A model generated the notes under the pieces. That model searched no databases. It had not been told where the DNA came from and saw nothing but the letters and a program-made list of their open reading frames with translations. From positions 80,773-144,772 of the forward strand of contig CAISRB010000005.1 of NCBI GenBank assembly GCA_903887775.1: DNA of 64,000 bases. Direction: 5' to 3'. The stretch comes from an uncultured Bacteroidales bacterium (GTDB lineage Bacteria > Bacteroidota > Bacteroidia > Bacteroidales > FEN-979). Positions 11,244-21,020 of the stretch are shown piece after piece; position 1 is the stretch's first letter; each line of letters opens with the position of its first letter. The position numbers and the translations under genes were made by a program.

Positions 11244-12704
11244 TTATTTCTGAGGAATGTTTTTTAGTGTTTCGACGAGGTAATCCCAGAATTTTCTAAC
11301 CGATTCAATTTCGGTTTTTTCATCCGGGGAATGAGGAGAAACTATCGTAGGGCCAACAGAGATCATGTCCCAGTTCGGATAGGGGCCGCCAAGAATTCCA
11401 CACTCAAGCCCTGCATGGATCGCTTTTACCATAGGTTCTTTTCCGAACATTTTTTTATACAGATCAAGCATAAGTTTAAGGATGGCAGAATCGGGGTCAG
11501 GTTTCCAGCCTGGATACTCTCCGTCCATTGTGATGTCAGCCCCGGCCATTGTAAACACTGCATCTACCATATTTTGAAGGTCAAGCTTTGCCGAGTCGAC
11601 AGAACTGCGAAGAAGGGTCTGCCCGAGCACCATGTTGTTCTCGGTCTTGAGGACGCCAATATTAATTGAAGTCTCGACAAGCCCCGGCATTTCATTGCTC
11701 CTACGGATAACCCCGTTCGGGCAGGCATACAAGGCATTAATGATATTTCGCTGGCTGACTTCGTCGATCAGGGAGTCCGGTTTTTGAGCCGGGGTCAGAA
11801 AGATTTTCATTGTGGGTTCCACAGCCGACAACTCTTTCCGGATAATTTTTTCGAGATCAGCAACTGCTGCAATAAAGGCATCCTTAAATTCGACCGGGAT
11901 TACGATTAACGCGCTGCCTTCCCTGGGGATGGCGTTTCTGAGACTTCCACCTTCCAGTGACGCCAGCCTGAGACCAAAATGTTTGCTGCCTTCCCAAAGG
12001 ACACGGGTAAGGACTTTAATGGAGTTTCCCCGTTCAAGATGGATGTCAACACCGCTATGCCCGCCTTTCAGTCCGGTGATGGTAAGCCTGAAAGCTTCAA
12101 CTGCAGCAGGAACCCCGGCTGGCTTGAAAGTGAAAGAGAAGTTGCCGTTTGTACCGCCGGCACAGCCTATATACAGTTCTCCTTCTTCCTCGGTGTCGAG
12201 ATTCAGCAGGATGTCTCCTTTGAGAACTCCGGGCTTGATCCCCATTGCTCCGGTCATGCCTGTTTCTTCATCAGTGGTAATAAAGGCTTCAACGGGACCA
12301 TGCTGAATATCTTTAGATTCAAGCACAGCCATTGCAGCTGCCACACCAAGTCCGTTATCGGCCCCGAGAGTTGTGCCTCTGGCTTTAACCCAGCCATTGT
12401 CAATATAAGTCACAATGGGATCTTTTTCAAAATCATGCTGTGTGTCATTGTTCTTTTGTGGAACCATATCCATATGGCCCTGCAGGACAACTCCTTTGCG
12501 GTTTTCCATACCCGGCGTTGCAGGTTTGCGGATTATGACATTGCCAACTTCATCTTTGATGGTCTCAAGGCCCAGGTTCTTGCCAAACTGAACAAGAAAA
12601 TCCTGAACCTTGTCTTCATGTTTTGAAGGCCGGGGGATCTGTGTAAGATTGTAAAAATTTTTCCACAATAAAGCGGGTTTAAGGTTCAGTATATCTTTAC
12701 TCAT
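11244..12704 (-). CDS. pepD: Aminoacyl-histidine dipeptidase (Xaa-His dipeptidase, M20 family)
   Basis: 486 aa. LWKNFYNLTQIPRPSKHE...LQGHMDMVPQKN...GTTLGADNGLGVAAAMAVLE...TTDEETGMTGA matches PepD blocks. Confidence 0.9.
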   Translation of the reverse strand: MSKDILNLKPALLWKNFYNLTQIPRPSKHEDKVQDFLVQFGKNLGLETIKDEVGNVIIRKPATPGMENRKGVVLQGHMDMVPQKNNDTQHDFEKDPIVTYIDNGWVKARGTTLGADNGLGVAAAMAVLESKDIQHGPVEAFITTDEETGMTGAMGIKPGVLKGDILLNLDTEEEGELYIGCAGGTNGNFSFTFKPAGVPAAVEAFRLTITGLKGGHSGVDIHLERGNSIKVLTRVLWEGSKHFGLRLASLEGGSLRNAIPREGSALIVIPVEFKDAFIAAVADLEKIIRKELSAVEPTMKIFLTPAQKPDSLIDEVSQRNIINALYACPNGVIRRSNEMPGLVETSINIGVLKTENNMVLGQTLLRSSVDSAKLDLQNMVDAVFTMAGADITMDGEYPGWKPDPDSAILKLMLDLYKKMFGKEPMVKAIHAGLECGILGGPYPNWDMISVGPTIVSPHSPDEKTEIESVRKFWDYLVETLKNIPQK

Positions 12705-12774
12705 AATAGGTAGATTTTAATGTGAATTTATGAACAACAAACTTAATAAATATCTCAGTTGTAAAGCTAAAAAT

Positions 12775-14649
12775 TCAGGAAAATAAAGGCAACCTGATCG
12801 TAAACCGGCTTCCCTTTCCTGGTTCGCTGGATACTTCGATGGTCCCGTCATTCATTTCAATATAATCTTTCGAAAGGATCAACCCAAGCCCGGTTCCTGA
12901 TTCCCCCGCGGTCCCTTTCGAGGAATAGTTCTCTTCAAGCCTGAATAATTTTTGAAGCAAGTTGGCCGGCATCCCGATACCACTGTCCTGGACAACTACC
13001 ATAATGGACCGGTTCGCAATATGTGTCGAGATGTGGATCTCCCCGCCCGGATGCGTAAATTTCACTGCATTCGATATGATATTCCTGAGAGCGGTAGAGA
13101 TCATGTTAGGGTCGGAGAAAACCTGTGGCGACTGGTCAAAACTGTGTTCGATCAATATGTTTTTTAATCGGGCAGCATGCTCTACAAGCGAAATAGCTTC
13201 ACTGACAAGTTCATTCAGGTCACACTGCCGTTTTATTGGTTTAACAGATCCTGACTCTAACTTGGACCACTCCAGCAAACGTTCAAGTAGCCTGAATGTT
13301 GACTGGCTTGATGAATATAAATTGTTAATTGCCATTGTTCGCTCTTCTTCTGTCAGAAACGGATCATTTTTCAGCATGTCACAGAAACCAAGGATGGAGT
13401 TAAAGGGTGAACGCAAGTCATGTGCCAGGATTGAAATAAATCGCTTGAGCACTTTATTGGACTGGTCGAGTTCTGATATAATTTGTCTTTTTTTCTTTTT
13501 CTGTCGCTGCTGGTAGATGATAAATGCAACGGATGACAGTAAAATAACTGAAAGGAACATGGTGATGATAATAGTCAGATTCAGATTGCTTTTAGTGATT
13601 GTTTGCTGATATTCAAGGCTCCTGTTTTCGTCTTCTTTTTTATCAAGCTCGACCATATAGTTGAAGTCCTGCACCTGGACCTGTATCCTCTGGCTTATAA
13701 TTTTTTGCTCAATTGTATGAGATTCTTCGAGGTAATCCAGGGATTTTTTGTATTCCCCTACAGACTTATATAAAAGATACAGATTCTGACATGATAATTT
13801 GACATATTGGGGAATGTTATATTTCGTAGCCAGTTCCAAAGCCTTCAGGTTGAGAGCCTCGGCTTTGCTGTTCTGATTCATGCTCTTATATGTATTTGCA
13901 AGGTTAGTCAGGATCAATGCTTCGTCCCCTTTCGCAGTGATCATGGCAATGGGAAGAGCTTGTTCGAAATACTTAACTGCCTGTGAATAATTTGAACGTT
14001 TTGTTTCAATTCCGGCGAGAATGTTCAGGTTTGAATAAATATTATACTGCAACCGGAGTTTTTGAGAAATGGCAAGAGATTTTTTTGCATAATTCCAGGA
14101 ACTGTCAAGTGGATATTGTGAATCCTCAAAATAAGTTGCGGCAATTTGATTATAAATTGTCGCATAAAGTGAGCTGTCACCTACCTGAGACAGCAGATCC
14201 AAAGCCTTTGTAAAATATTTGTAACTCTCATCATAAACCTCGTTCCCGCGCAAAATGTCACCAATCCGGCCTAACATTTCGATCGATTTCTTTTTTTGCC
14301 CTTTTACATCATAGTATTTTAACGCTTTTAACGCATATTTGATAGCCGAATCAACTTCTCCCCTGTAAATAAGATAATCACAAACTGATACCTGGGCAGC
14401 GACGACCATGTCATCCTGGTAGTTATTTGATTCAGCAATCAAGATGGCATGCTGAAAAAGCGAGATCTTTTTTTGCTCGTTTTCCGATTGGGCTTTTACC
14501 CCTTCACGGATCAAACTATGGATTGCGGCAGTATCGTTTGGTTTATCATTTGTTCTGGCCGGTATGACACAAAATATAAAGGCAGAACAAAGAATGGCCT
14601 TAATGAATTGTACAGGGTAACGGAAAAAATCACTTCTCATAAGTTGCAT
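12775..14649 (-). CDS. Sensor histidine kinase with N-terminal TPR-repeat region
   Basis: 624 aa. The order is signal/TM, TPR-like repeats, a TM segment, HisKA (ISILAHDLRSPFNSILG) and HATPase_c (NAVKFT..., DSGIGMP, GTGLGL). Confidence 0.85.
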   Translation of the reverse strand: MQLMRSDFFRYPVQFIKAILCSAFIFCVIPARTNDKPNDTAAIHSLIREGVKAQSENEQKKISLFQHAILIAESNNYQDDMVVAAQVSVCDYLIYRGEVDSAIKYALKALKYYDVKGQKKKSIEMLGRIGDILRGNEVYDESYKYFTKALDLLSQVGDSSLYATIYNQIAATYFEDSQYPLDSSWNYAKKSLAISQKLRLQYNIYSNLNILAGIETKRSNYSQAVKYFEQALPIAMITAKGDEALILTNLANTYKSMNQNSKAEALNLKALELATKYNIPQYVKLSCQNLYLLYKSVGEYKKSLDYLEESHTIEQKIISQRIQVQVQDFNYMVELDKKEDENRSLEYQQTITKSNLNLTIIITMFLSVILLSSVAFIIYQQRQKKKKRQIISELDQSNKVLKRFISILAHDLRSPFNSILGFCDMLKNDPFLTEEERTMAINNLYSSSQSTFRLLERLLEWSKLESGSVKPIKRQCDLNELVSEAISLVEHAARLKNILIEHSFDQSPQVFSDPNMISTALRNIISNAVKFTHPGGEIHISTHIANRSIMVVVQDSGIGMPANLLQKLFRLEENYSSKGTAGESGTGLGLILSKDYIEMNDGTIEVSSEPGKGSRFTIRLPLFS

Positions 14650-15034
14650 GATTGTTTTGCAATTCTGTGAAACTTATGAACCTTTGCTGGTAAAGCAGTG
14701 AAAGGAATTTGCTGACTCTCTCCTCGGTTTCTTCCAGCAGGCCTTGTTTTTCAGGAAATCTTTCCTTCAGCATGTCACATATATCAGCCGTCGTCAGATG
14801 GCCGTCGATAAGCTCCCATACAGCCGAACCGAAGTTGTCGAGTTTGATCCTGATGAATTCACCTTTCCAGCTGGGCTGAAGAAGTTTAAAAGCCAGTTTG
14901 TTTTTAAAACGGGGCAGCAGTATATTAAGGTTGTCTGTATCCCGTTTCTCCGATTCCATCAGCCGGATGGGATGAAGATCAAGTGAATTTGTTTGTTTAA
15001 GGATCTTTCTCCTTTTAAAAAACGATTTTTCCAT
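14630..15034 (-). CDS. PqqD-family (RRE-like) small protein
   Basis: The C-terminal half FGSAVWELIDGHLTTADICDMLKERFPEKQGLLEETEERVSKFLSLLYQQRFISF fits the PqqD fold consensus. I place the start at MEKSFF (15034) because a strong hairpin occupies 15045-15073. The stop overlaps the kinase start. Confidence 0.65.
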   Translation of the reverse strand: MEKSFFKRRKILKQTNSLDLHPIRLMESEKRDTDNLNILLPRFKNKLAFKLLQPSWKGEFIRIKLDNFGSAVWELIDGHLTTADICDMLKERFPEKQGLLEETEERVSKFLSLLYQQRFISFTELQNNHATYEK

Positions 15035-15044
15035 GGTGCATAAA

Positions 15045-15073
15045 GAGGCTGTCACTACTAATGTGGCAGCCTC
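15045..15073 (-). terminator. 11-bp hairpin between the OPT transporter and the PqqD-like gene (possible terminator or attenuator)
   Basis: GAGGCTGTCAC-TACTAAT-GTGGCAGCCTC, with one mismatch on the minus-strand RNA. Only a weak T tract follows it. Confidence 0.4.
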
Positions 15074-15091
15074 ATAATGATAATATATTGA

Positions 15092-17167
15092 TTACATCCC
15101 TGATGCAGGGGGAGCCGGTTCGTCGGGCTTGCCTGCATTTTTCAGAGGTATCTGGATCAGAACGAAAGCAATGATTGCAAGGATGACCAGGCTGATGATG
15201 TAAGTCGGATTTCTGAAGAACACGAAATGATCGTAGAGGAAGAACTCGAATGCCGCGAGGATGGCAATAACAAGTCCCATAAGGGCCTCACCTGCTATCA
15301 TCCCTGATGCCAGCAGTACCCCGGTATTATCAACCCGTATCTTTTGTGCTTCATTAAGCTTGCGTTTGCCTGCAAAATAATCCACGCCTCCCTTGATAAG
15401 TCCACCTGCAAAAATTGCAAAGGTCGTTTCAAGTGGCAGGTACATACCAACGCTCACGAGCATCGGGCTGCGGACCTGCATCAGGATGAAAGCAACGCCC
15501 ATGAGCATTCCCGAGATGATGAGTGGCCATGCCATTGCGCCTTCTACAATACCGCGTGAGAGGATCGCCATAAGGCCTGCCTGGGGAGCCGATAGGTTAC
15601 GGCTGCCGAACCCTCCCTGGTAACCCAGGTTCTTGCCTGAAGCAATGTCGCCTTCATTGAGATAGGCAAGCACTACAAACATAACTGCGCCTGCCAGGAT
15701 AACGCCGATGATATCACCAATCTGCATCCTCCAGGGTGTACCGCCGAGAATATGACCTGCTTTAAGGTCCTGGAGCATTTCGCCCGCTACAGCTGCTGAA
15801 ACACAAACGATGGCAGCAACCCCGAGCACCGTTGCAACGCCTGCATTACCCTGTACGCCAAGGCCTACAAGGATAAGGGCTGTTACCACAAGCGCAGTCA
15901 GTGTAAGTCCGCTGATAGGGTTATTGCTGGATCCCATGATCCCAACCAGGTAACCCGAAACGGCTGCAAAGAAAAAAGCCAGGATGATCATAACCGTTGA
16001 AGCCACTACGGCGATCAGCAGGTTGGTCTCGAAAATGAAATATGTGATGGAGAAGGTAAGAAGTGCGACTGCAAGAATACCTATGATAATAGCTCCAAAG
16101 CTGAGGTCTTTCTCGGTGCGGGGAGCAGCATGTCCCATGCCCTGTGCAGCTTTCTTGACATCGGTTATTGACCTGCCCACGCCTGTGATCAGGCTCTTTC
16201 TCATTTTATAAAGTGTAAAGGCTGCGCTGACAAGCATACCTCCGATGGCTATAGGCCTCACAATGAATTTCCAGATCTGAAGCATCTGGTAGGCGGGATC
16301 ATTAACCTTCGTCATGGCCTGTTCCAGGGTAAGGGTTGCATCCTTGCTCATCAGGAAGGATGCCCATGCCTGGAAATCCATGCCCGGTAAGATAAAATAC
16401 ATGATCATAGGGACCATAAGTCCCCAGGCCAGCAGGCCGCCGCTGAAGTTAAGGGCTCCGAGTTTCGGGCCGATGATATATCCGACGCCCATATATGCAG
16501 GGCTTACGCCGGGAGAGCTCAGCATCATGCCTCCCTTGCCTGTGAATACAGTTCCTGAAATGGTCTGTTTTCCCCAGAAGATAAATTTTTCCCAGAGGTA
16601 TAGAAAGAATTTAAGTTCACCAAGAAGTTTTACAAGAGCTCCAAGGCCCATGGCCCAGAACAGGAATTGGGAACCACCTGAACCGCTTTGTCCTGCTTTG
16701 TGGATCTCGGCAGCAGCCACAGATTCGGGGAAAGGCAATTCTGCATCTTCAACCATGACACGGCGAAGCAGTGCCACGAACATGATACCCAGGATACCTC
16801 CTGCAATCAGGATAAGCGATGAGGTAATATAATGACCAAACGTGAAAAAATCCGGCCAAATTCCTGATACGAAAAACGCTGGTAGCGTGAAAATAGCACC
16901 GGCAGCTACGGATTCACCAATGGAACCAACAGTACGGGTGAAATTCTCTTCCAAAATAGTTCCGCGCATTAAGCGGAGGATTGCCATTCCGAGAACAGCT
17001 GCGGGATATGTTGCTGCAATAGTCATCCCTGCCTTTAATCCCAGGTACGCATTTGCAGCTCCCAGGATAACGGCAAAAAACAAGCCTACGATCAGCGCCC
17101 GCACTGTAAATTCCTTCATATGCGTTTCAGCGGAGACGAAGGGTAAATACTTTTTAGCTTCAGCCAT
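15092..17167 (-). CDS. OPT-family oligopeptide transporter
   Basis: 691 aa and polytopic. The N-terminus EFTVRALIVGLFFAVILGAANAYLGLKAGMTIAATYPAAV is characteristic of the bacterial OPT superfamily. Confidence 0.9.
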   Translation of the reverse strand: MAEAKKYLPFVSAETHMKEFTVRALIVGLFFAVILGAANAYLGLKAGMTIAATYPAAVLGMAILRLMRGTILEENFTRTVGSIGESVAAGAIFTLPAFFVSGIWPDFFTFGHYITSSLILIAGGILGIMFVALLRRVMVEDAELPFPESVAAAEIHKAGQSGSGGSQFLFWAMGLGALVKLLGELKFFLYLWEKFIFWGKQTISGTVFTGKGGMMLSSPGVSPAYMGVGYIIGPKLGALNFSGGLLAWGLMVPMIMYFILPGMDFQAWASFLMSKDATLTLEQAMTKVNDPAYQMLQIWKFIVRPIAIGGMLVSAAFTLYKMRKSLITGVGRSITDVKKAAQGMGHAAPRTEKDLSFGAIIIGILAVALLTFSITYFIFETNLLIAVVASTVMIILAFFFAAVSGYLVGIMGSSNNPISGLTLTALVVTALILVGLGVQGNAGVATVLGVAAIVCVSAAVAGEMLQDLKAGHILGGTPWRMQIGDIIGVILAGAVMFVVLAYLNEGDIASGKNLGYQGGFGSRNLSAPQAGLMAILSRGIVEGAMAWPLIISGMLMGVAFILMQVRSPMLVSVGMYLPLETTFAIFAGGLIKGGVDYFAGKRKLNEAQKIRVDNTGVLLASGMIAGEALMGLVIAILAAFEFFLYDHFVFFRNPTYIISLVILAIIAFVLIQIPLKNAGKPDEPAPPASGM

Positions 17168-17223
17168 GATTGTGATTTTTTAATTTTTTGCTAAATAACG
17201 AAAATTCGGGCAACCTAACAAGG

Positions 17224-17237
17224 ATTTACGAATTACT
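17224..17237. repeat. ATTTACG-type heptamer pair (ATTTACG AATTACT)
   Basis: Read directly from the sequence, immediately downstream of the rsmG stop. Confidence 0.6.
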
Positions 17238-17238
17238 T

Positions 17239-17856
17239 CTAGTACAGGTGCAGCAGTTTTTTGGTCAGGAAATACTCTTCCGTGAACAATTCTGAAAGAT
17301 TAAAAATACGCCATTTTGCCTTTATACCTTCAAGTTCTTCTTCGAAATCTCCTCCTTTCAGATACAGGAAACCGTTTTCAAGGCTGTTTTCATTCTTCCT
17401 GCTGACCAGCTTTGCAAGCCCGGAAGTGAAACCGGCAATGTTTGTAACTGCACGTCCCAGGATGAAGTCGAATTGCCGTTCCAGGATTTCATACCTGCAG
17501 TTGATTGCGGTTGCATTGGTCAGGCCCAGTTCCTGCATGATTGCCTTCGCCACCAGTATCTTTTTACCTATTGAATCAACGAGTAAAAACTCCGACTCCG
17601 GGAAAAGTATAGCCAGGGGTATCCCGGGTAAACCTCCTCCGGTTCCGGCATCCATTATCCGGGTGCCGGGCCTGAATTGAATTATCCTGGCCGGACTCAT
17701 TGAATGAAGCAGGTGCCTTTCTTCAAGATGTTCTATGTCTTTACGGCTGATGACGTTTATCCTGCTGTTCCATTCAGGATATAATTCAAGCAACCGGGCG
17801 AACTGGGAGAATTTTCTCCCGTCCAGAGCAGGGAAATATTTCCGGATAAGTTCCAT
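17239..17856 (-). CDS. rsmG: 16S rRNA (guanine527-N7)-methyltransferase
   Basis: 205 aa. LELYPEWNSRINVISRKDIEHLEERHLLHS...RIMDAGTGGGLPGIPLAI matches RsmG/GidB. Confidence 0.9.
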   Translation of the reverse strand: MELIRKYFPALDGRKFSQFARLLELYPEWNSRINVISRKDIEHLEERHLLHSMSPARIIQFRPGTRIMDAGTGGGLPGIPLAILFPESEFLLVDSIGKKILVAKAIMQELGLTNATAINCRYEILERQFDFILGRAVTNIAGFTSGLAKLVSRKNENSLENGFLYLKGGDFEEELEGIKAKWRIFNLSELFTEEYFLTKKLLHLY

Positions 17857-17888
17857 ATAAAAAATCCGGGTGTTTTTCAGTACCCGGA
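17857..17888 (-). terminator. Rho-independent terminator after the THX gene
   Basis: The minus strand reads TCCGGGT-ACTGAAAAAC-ACCCGGA followed by TTTTTTAT. Confidence 0.75.
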
Positions 17889-17935
17889 CAAAGTTATCAG
17901 AAAGTATCAGGTGTGAAACCCGACTGCAGGCCTTG

Positions 17936-18265
17936 CTACTCTTTCACTGCCTTCGGATGGGTTTCGCCAGCTGCCTCTTTAGGTTCGGCTTTTTTCTTTG
18001 CTTTTACTGCCTTGGGTTTGCTTTCGCCTTCCTCGGTTTTTTCAGCAGCCTTCTTCGTTGAGGCTTTCTTTGCAACTTTCTTTTCTGCTATTGCAGCCTC
18101 GGCAGCAACAGTCTTCAAAGGTTCTTCCGCTGCTTTTGCTGTTACTTTTATTTCCTTTGGTTTAGGGGGAGAGACAATTCCTTTTTTCTTTTTACGGGGC
18201 CGTCTTACGCCAAAAGATCCTATAATGATCTTCCCTCTTCTTGATTTTTTATCACCTTTTCCCAT
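17936..18265 (-). CDS. 30S ribosomal protein THX with a long Lys/Ala/Glu-rich C-terminal tail
   Basis: The N-terminus MGKGDKKSRRGKIIIGSFGVRRPRKKKK matches THX (GKGDxxxRRGKIxxGxxGxxRPRKK). About 80 further residues are low-complexity K/A/E/P. An alternative start lies two codons upstream at 18271. Confidence 0.75.
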   Translation of the reverse strand: MGKGDKKSRRGKIIIGSFGVRRPRKKKKGIVSPPKPKEIKVTAKAAEEPLKTVAAEAAIAEKKVAKKASTKKAAEKTEEGESKPKAVKAKKKAEPKEAAGETHPKAVKE

Positions 18266-18293
18266 ATGCACTCATTTTAGTTTCCAGAAAAAG

Positions 18294-18301
18294 CAAAGGT
18301 A
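18294..18301 (-). promoter_or_regulatory. -7 promoter box (TACCTTTG) for the THX gene
   Basis: The minus strand reads TACCTTTG, about 25 nt upstream of the start codon. Confidence 0.55.
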
Positions 18302-18325
18302 AAGAAATGATTTGTTAAAATATGA

Positions 18326-19030
18326 TCATACCGGATTTTTCTTCAGAAAATCACGAATCATGATGTCAGATTTCCTGATGGAACCGGCTGCCCAATTCAG
18401 AAGGACATCAGTTTTCTCATCTTCCCCCAGAGCCCAGGATACTTCTGAATTCCTGAGGCGGTTTGTAAGAGTATGAAGAAAAATAGCCGCTGAAACGCTG
18501 ATATTAAGGCTTTCGGTAAACCCGAACATGGGTATCCTGACGAACTGGTCGGCAAGGCCGATGGCTTCTTCCGACAGGCCATTCAGCTCGGTTCCGAAGA
18601 GAAGTGCGAACTTGCTGCCGAGGGGCAGGTTGCCGGGAGTAAAATCATTCTTATGCGGCATGGTGGCCACTATCCTGTACCCTTTTTCTTTCAGGGCCCG
18701 GATGCAAAGAGAAGTATTTGAAGCAGTTCTGTTATATTTGTATAAAGTGAGCCATTTGGCAGAACCCAGCGCGACATCAGGGTTCACTTCATATTTATTC
18801 CTGTTCTCGATGATATGCACATCCTGCAGGCCAAAACAATCGCAGGTGCGTAACACTGCGCTTGCATTATGCGGCTGGTAAATGTCTTCAAGTATAATTG
18901 TCAGGTGGCGTGTCCGTAAGGAGATGATCTCCGAGAACCTGGCTTTCCTTTCACCGGAAACAAATCCGAGGAGGTGGTCAAGAAGTTTGTTTTTCGTGTC
19001 AGTATCAAGTTTATCAATATCTGTATTCAT
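18326..19030 (-). CDS. trmH: SpoU/TrmH-family RNA 2'-O-methyltransferase (TrmH-like)
   Basis: 234 aa. LTIILEDIYQPHNASAVLRTCDCFGLQDVHII plus the C-terminal SPOUT motifs (LLFGTELNGLS, IPMFGFTESLNISVSAAI). Confidence 0.8.
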   Translation of the reverse strand: MNTDIDKLDTDTKNKLLDHLLGFVSGERKARFSEIISLRTRHLTIILEDIYQPHNASAVLRTCDCFGLQDVHIIENRNKYEVNPDVALGSAKWLTLYKYNRTASNTSLCIRALKEKGYRIVATMPHKNDFTPGNLPLGSKFALLFGTELNGLSEEAIGLADQFVRIPMFGFTESLNISVSAAIFLHTLTNRLRNSEVSWALGEDEKTDVLLNWAAGSIRKSDIMIRDFLKKNPV

Positions 19031-19103
19031 CCGTCATAACAGCTAAAATATTCATTCAAAGGTAAAAAAATGAATCAGTAGTGGGGAGTAAAGGGAAAAA
19101 ATG

Positions 19104-19111
19104 TAACTTTG
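19104..19111 (+). promoter_or_regulatory. -7 promoter box (TAACTTTG)
   Basis: Lies 22 nt upstream of the ATG at 19134. Confidence 0.55.
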
Positions 19112-19133
19112 CAAACTCAAATTTTTCAAAAAA

Positions 19134-19841
19134 ATGGCACAAAAGCTTGATAAACAAGTAGACAAGACTGAAGAACGAATTGTTGCGGTAGAAGAAGCAT
19201 TCGGGAAAACTGAGCAGTTTCTTGAGAAAAACCAGCAGCTGATCCTTATTTTTCTCGGGGTCATCATCGTTGTAGTACTGGGTTTCTTTGGATTTAAAAG
19301 GTTTTACCTCGCTCCAAGGGAGAAAGAAGCAGAGAGCCAGATGTTCATGGCCCAGAAATACTTTGAGCAGGACTCACTGAAGAAAGCGCTGAACGGAGAC
19401 GGGCAATACCTGGGATTCCTTTCCATAATCGATGAATACGGCATGACCAAATCGGCAAACCTTTCACATTATTATGCCGGTGTATCTTACCTCAAACTGG
19501 GGCAGTTCGATAACGCCATCTCACAGCTTAAGAAATTCAGTGCCGGCGACCAGGTCATCGGTCCTCTTGCAAAAGGAGCTTTAGGCGATGCCTATGTGGA
19601 AACAAATGATATACAGAAAGGTATCGGATGTTATATTGAAGCTGCAGAGAAAGGGAAAAATGAATTCATATCTCCTTATTTCTATATGAAGGCAGCTATG
19701 GGTTATACCGAGCTTTCGGATTTTCAAAACGCTTTGAAGATGTATAAAAAGATCAAGGACGAGTATCCCCGTTCGAATGAAGGCAGGGACATTGAGAGAT
19801 ATATCGCCTTTGCCGAAGGGAAGATCGGGGAAAAGAAATAA
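19134..19841 (+). CDS. Membrane-anchored tetratricopeptide-repeat protein (YfgM-like)
   Basis: 235 aa with one N-terminal TM helix followed by TPR-like repeats (YYAGVSYLKLGQFDNAI, LGDAYVETNDIQKGI, MGYTELSDFQNALKMYKKI). Confidence 0.6.
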   Translation: MAQKLDKQVDKTEERIVAVEEAFGKTEQFLEKNQQLILIFLGVIIVVVLGFFGFKRFYLAPREKEAESQMFMAQKYFEQDSLKKALNGDGQYLGFLSIIDEYGMTKSANLSHYYAGVSYLKLGQFDNAISQLKKFSAGDQVIGPLAKGALGDAYVETNDIQKGIGCYIEAAEKGKNEFISPYFYMKAAMGYTELSDFQNALKMYKKIKDEYPRSNEGRDIERYIAFAEGKIGEKK

Positions 19842-19872
19842 ACCTGAAGATTCCGTTTTTTTAACTTATTTT

Positions 19873-19898
19873 GCCTGAGGAATCAGGCATTTTTTTTT
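19873..19898 (+). terminator. Rho-independent terminator
   Basis: GCCTGA-GGAA-TCAGGC followed by a T8 run. Confidence 0.7.
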
Positions 19899-19902
19899 AT
19901 TG

Positions 19903-20859
19903 ATGAAGTCATCAGCCCGCATCGTTTTTTTCGGGACTCCGGAGATTGCCCTTGAGTCTTTAAAGGCTTTGTTTGAAGGCGGATATCAAGTCGTCGGGGT
20001 CGTGACTGCTCCCGATAAGCCCGCGGGTCGCGGCATGAAGCTGAGGGCTTCAGCCGTCAAACAGTACGCCCTTGAGCAGGGTTTGGAGATACTTCAGCCC
20101 GAACGCTTATCGGATCCCGCATTTGTTGACCGCCTGCAATCCCTTGAACCGGAGATCCAGGTGGTGGTGGCGTTCAGGATGCTGCCGAAAGCTGTATGGG
20201 CTTTGCCTGTAAAAGGAACTTTCAACCTTCATGCCTCCCTGTTGCCGCAATACCGTGGCGCTGCCCCGATCAACTGGGCCATCATCAACGGTGAGACGGA
20301 GACAGGGCTTACAACCTTTTTCCTGAAGGAGAAGGTCGATACCGGCGACATCATCTTCAGGGAAAGCATGAATATCGGCCCTGAAGAGACTGCAGGCGAG
20401 CTTCATGACCGCATGAAGGTCAAAGGGGCTCAGCTGGTAGTAAGGACAGTGCAAAGCATTGTTGCCGGAAATGTAACGGCCTGCGACCAGTCGCTGTTCA
20501 CCGATCAACAGTCACCTTTAAAGCCCGCACCCAAAATATTTACCCAAACCTGCCGGATAGACTGGACGATGCCATCCGCAGTCATATATAATATAATAAG
20601 GGGATTAAGCCCGGTGCCTGCAGCATATACGGAGATCCTGCTGAAAGACGGGACAAAGGCAGGCATGAAGATTTTCAGGGCAGGCCTTAAAAACCAGGGG
20701 CCTTCTGCAGCCCCGGGAACCATCATTAGCGATGGCCGGAGTTTTCTTAAAATCGCGGCTTCAGATGGAGACCTGGATATATATGAGCTGCAGCTTGCAG
20801 GCCGAAAACCTATGAAAACAGAAGTGTTCCTGAGAGGGTTTGGCCGGAATATCATCTGA
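19903..20859 (+). CDS. fmt: Methionyl-tRNA formyltransferase
   Basis: [15 protein letters not shown]...[12 protein letters not shown]...[28 protein letters not shown] matches Fmt. ATG at 19903; the track started one codon earlier at TTG. Confidence 0.92.
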   Translation: MKSSARIVFFGTPEIALESLKALFEGGYQVVGVVTAPDKPAGRGMKLRASAVKQYALEQGLEILQPERLSDPAFVDRLQSLEPEIQVVVAFRMLPKAVWALPVKGTFNLHASLLPQYRGAAPINWAIINGETETGLTTFFLKEKVDTGDIIFRESMNIGPEETAGELHDRMKVKGAQLVVRTVQSIVAGNVTACDQSLFTDQQSPLKPAPKIFTQTCRIDWTMPSAVIYNIIRGLSPVPAAYTEILLKDGTKAGMKIFRAGLKNQGPSAAPGTIISDGRSFLKIAASDGDLDIYELQLAGRKPMKTEVFLRGFGRNII

Positions 20860-20970
20860 AATCCCCGCTAATCATACGTTTCCTTGCTGGAGTTATTAAC
20901 AAAAACTTCATTTTTTCAACATTTTCAATGGTTTTGGATAAAAAACTCTTGACAAATTCCACAGACGCCT

Positions 20971-20978
20971 TATATTTG
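20971..20978 (+). promoter_or_regulatory. -7 promoter box (TATATTTG) for the HU gene
   Basis: TATATTTG lies 42 nt upstream of the ATG at 21021. A TTGACA-like element lies about 20 nt further upstream. Confidence 0.55.
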
Positions 20979-21020
20979 CAGGGATTATCAAAATGGAGTA
21001 TTAATTTAAAACCCGAAAAA

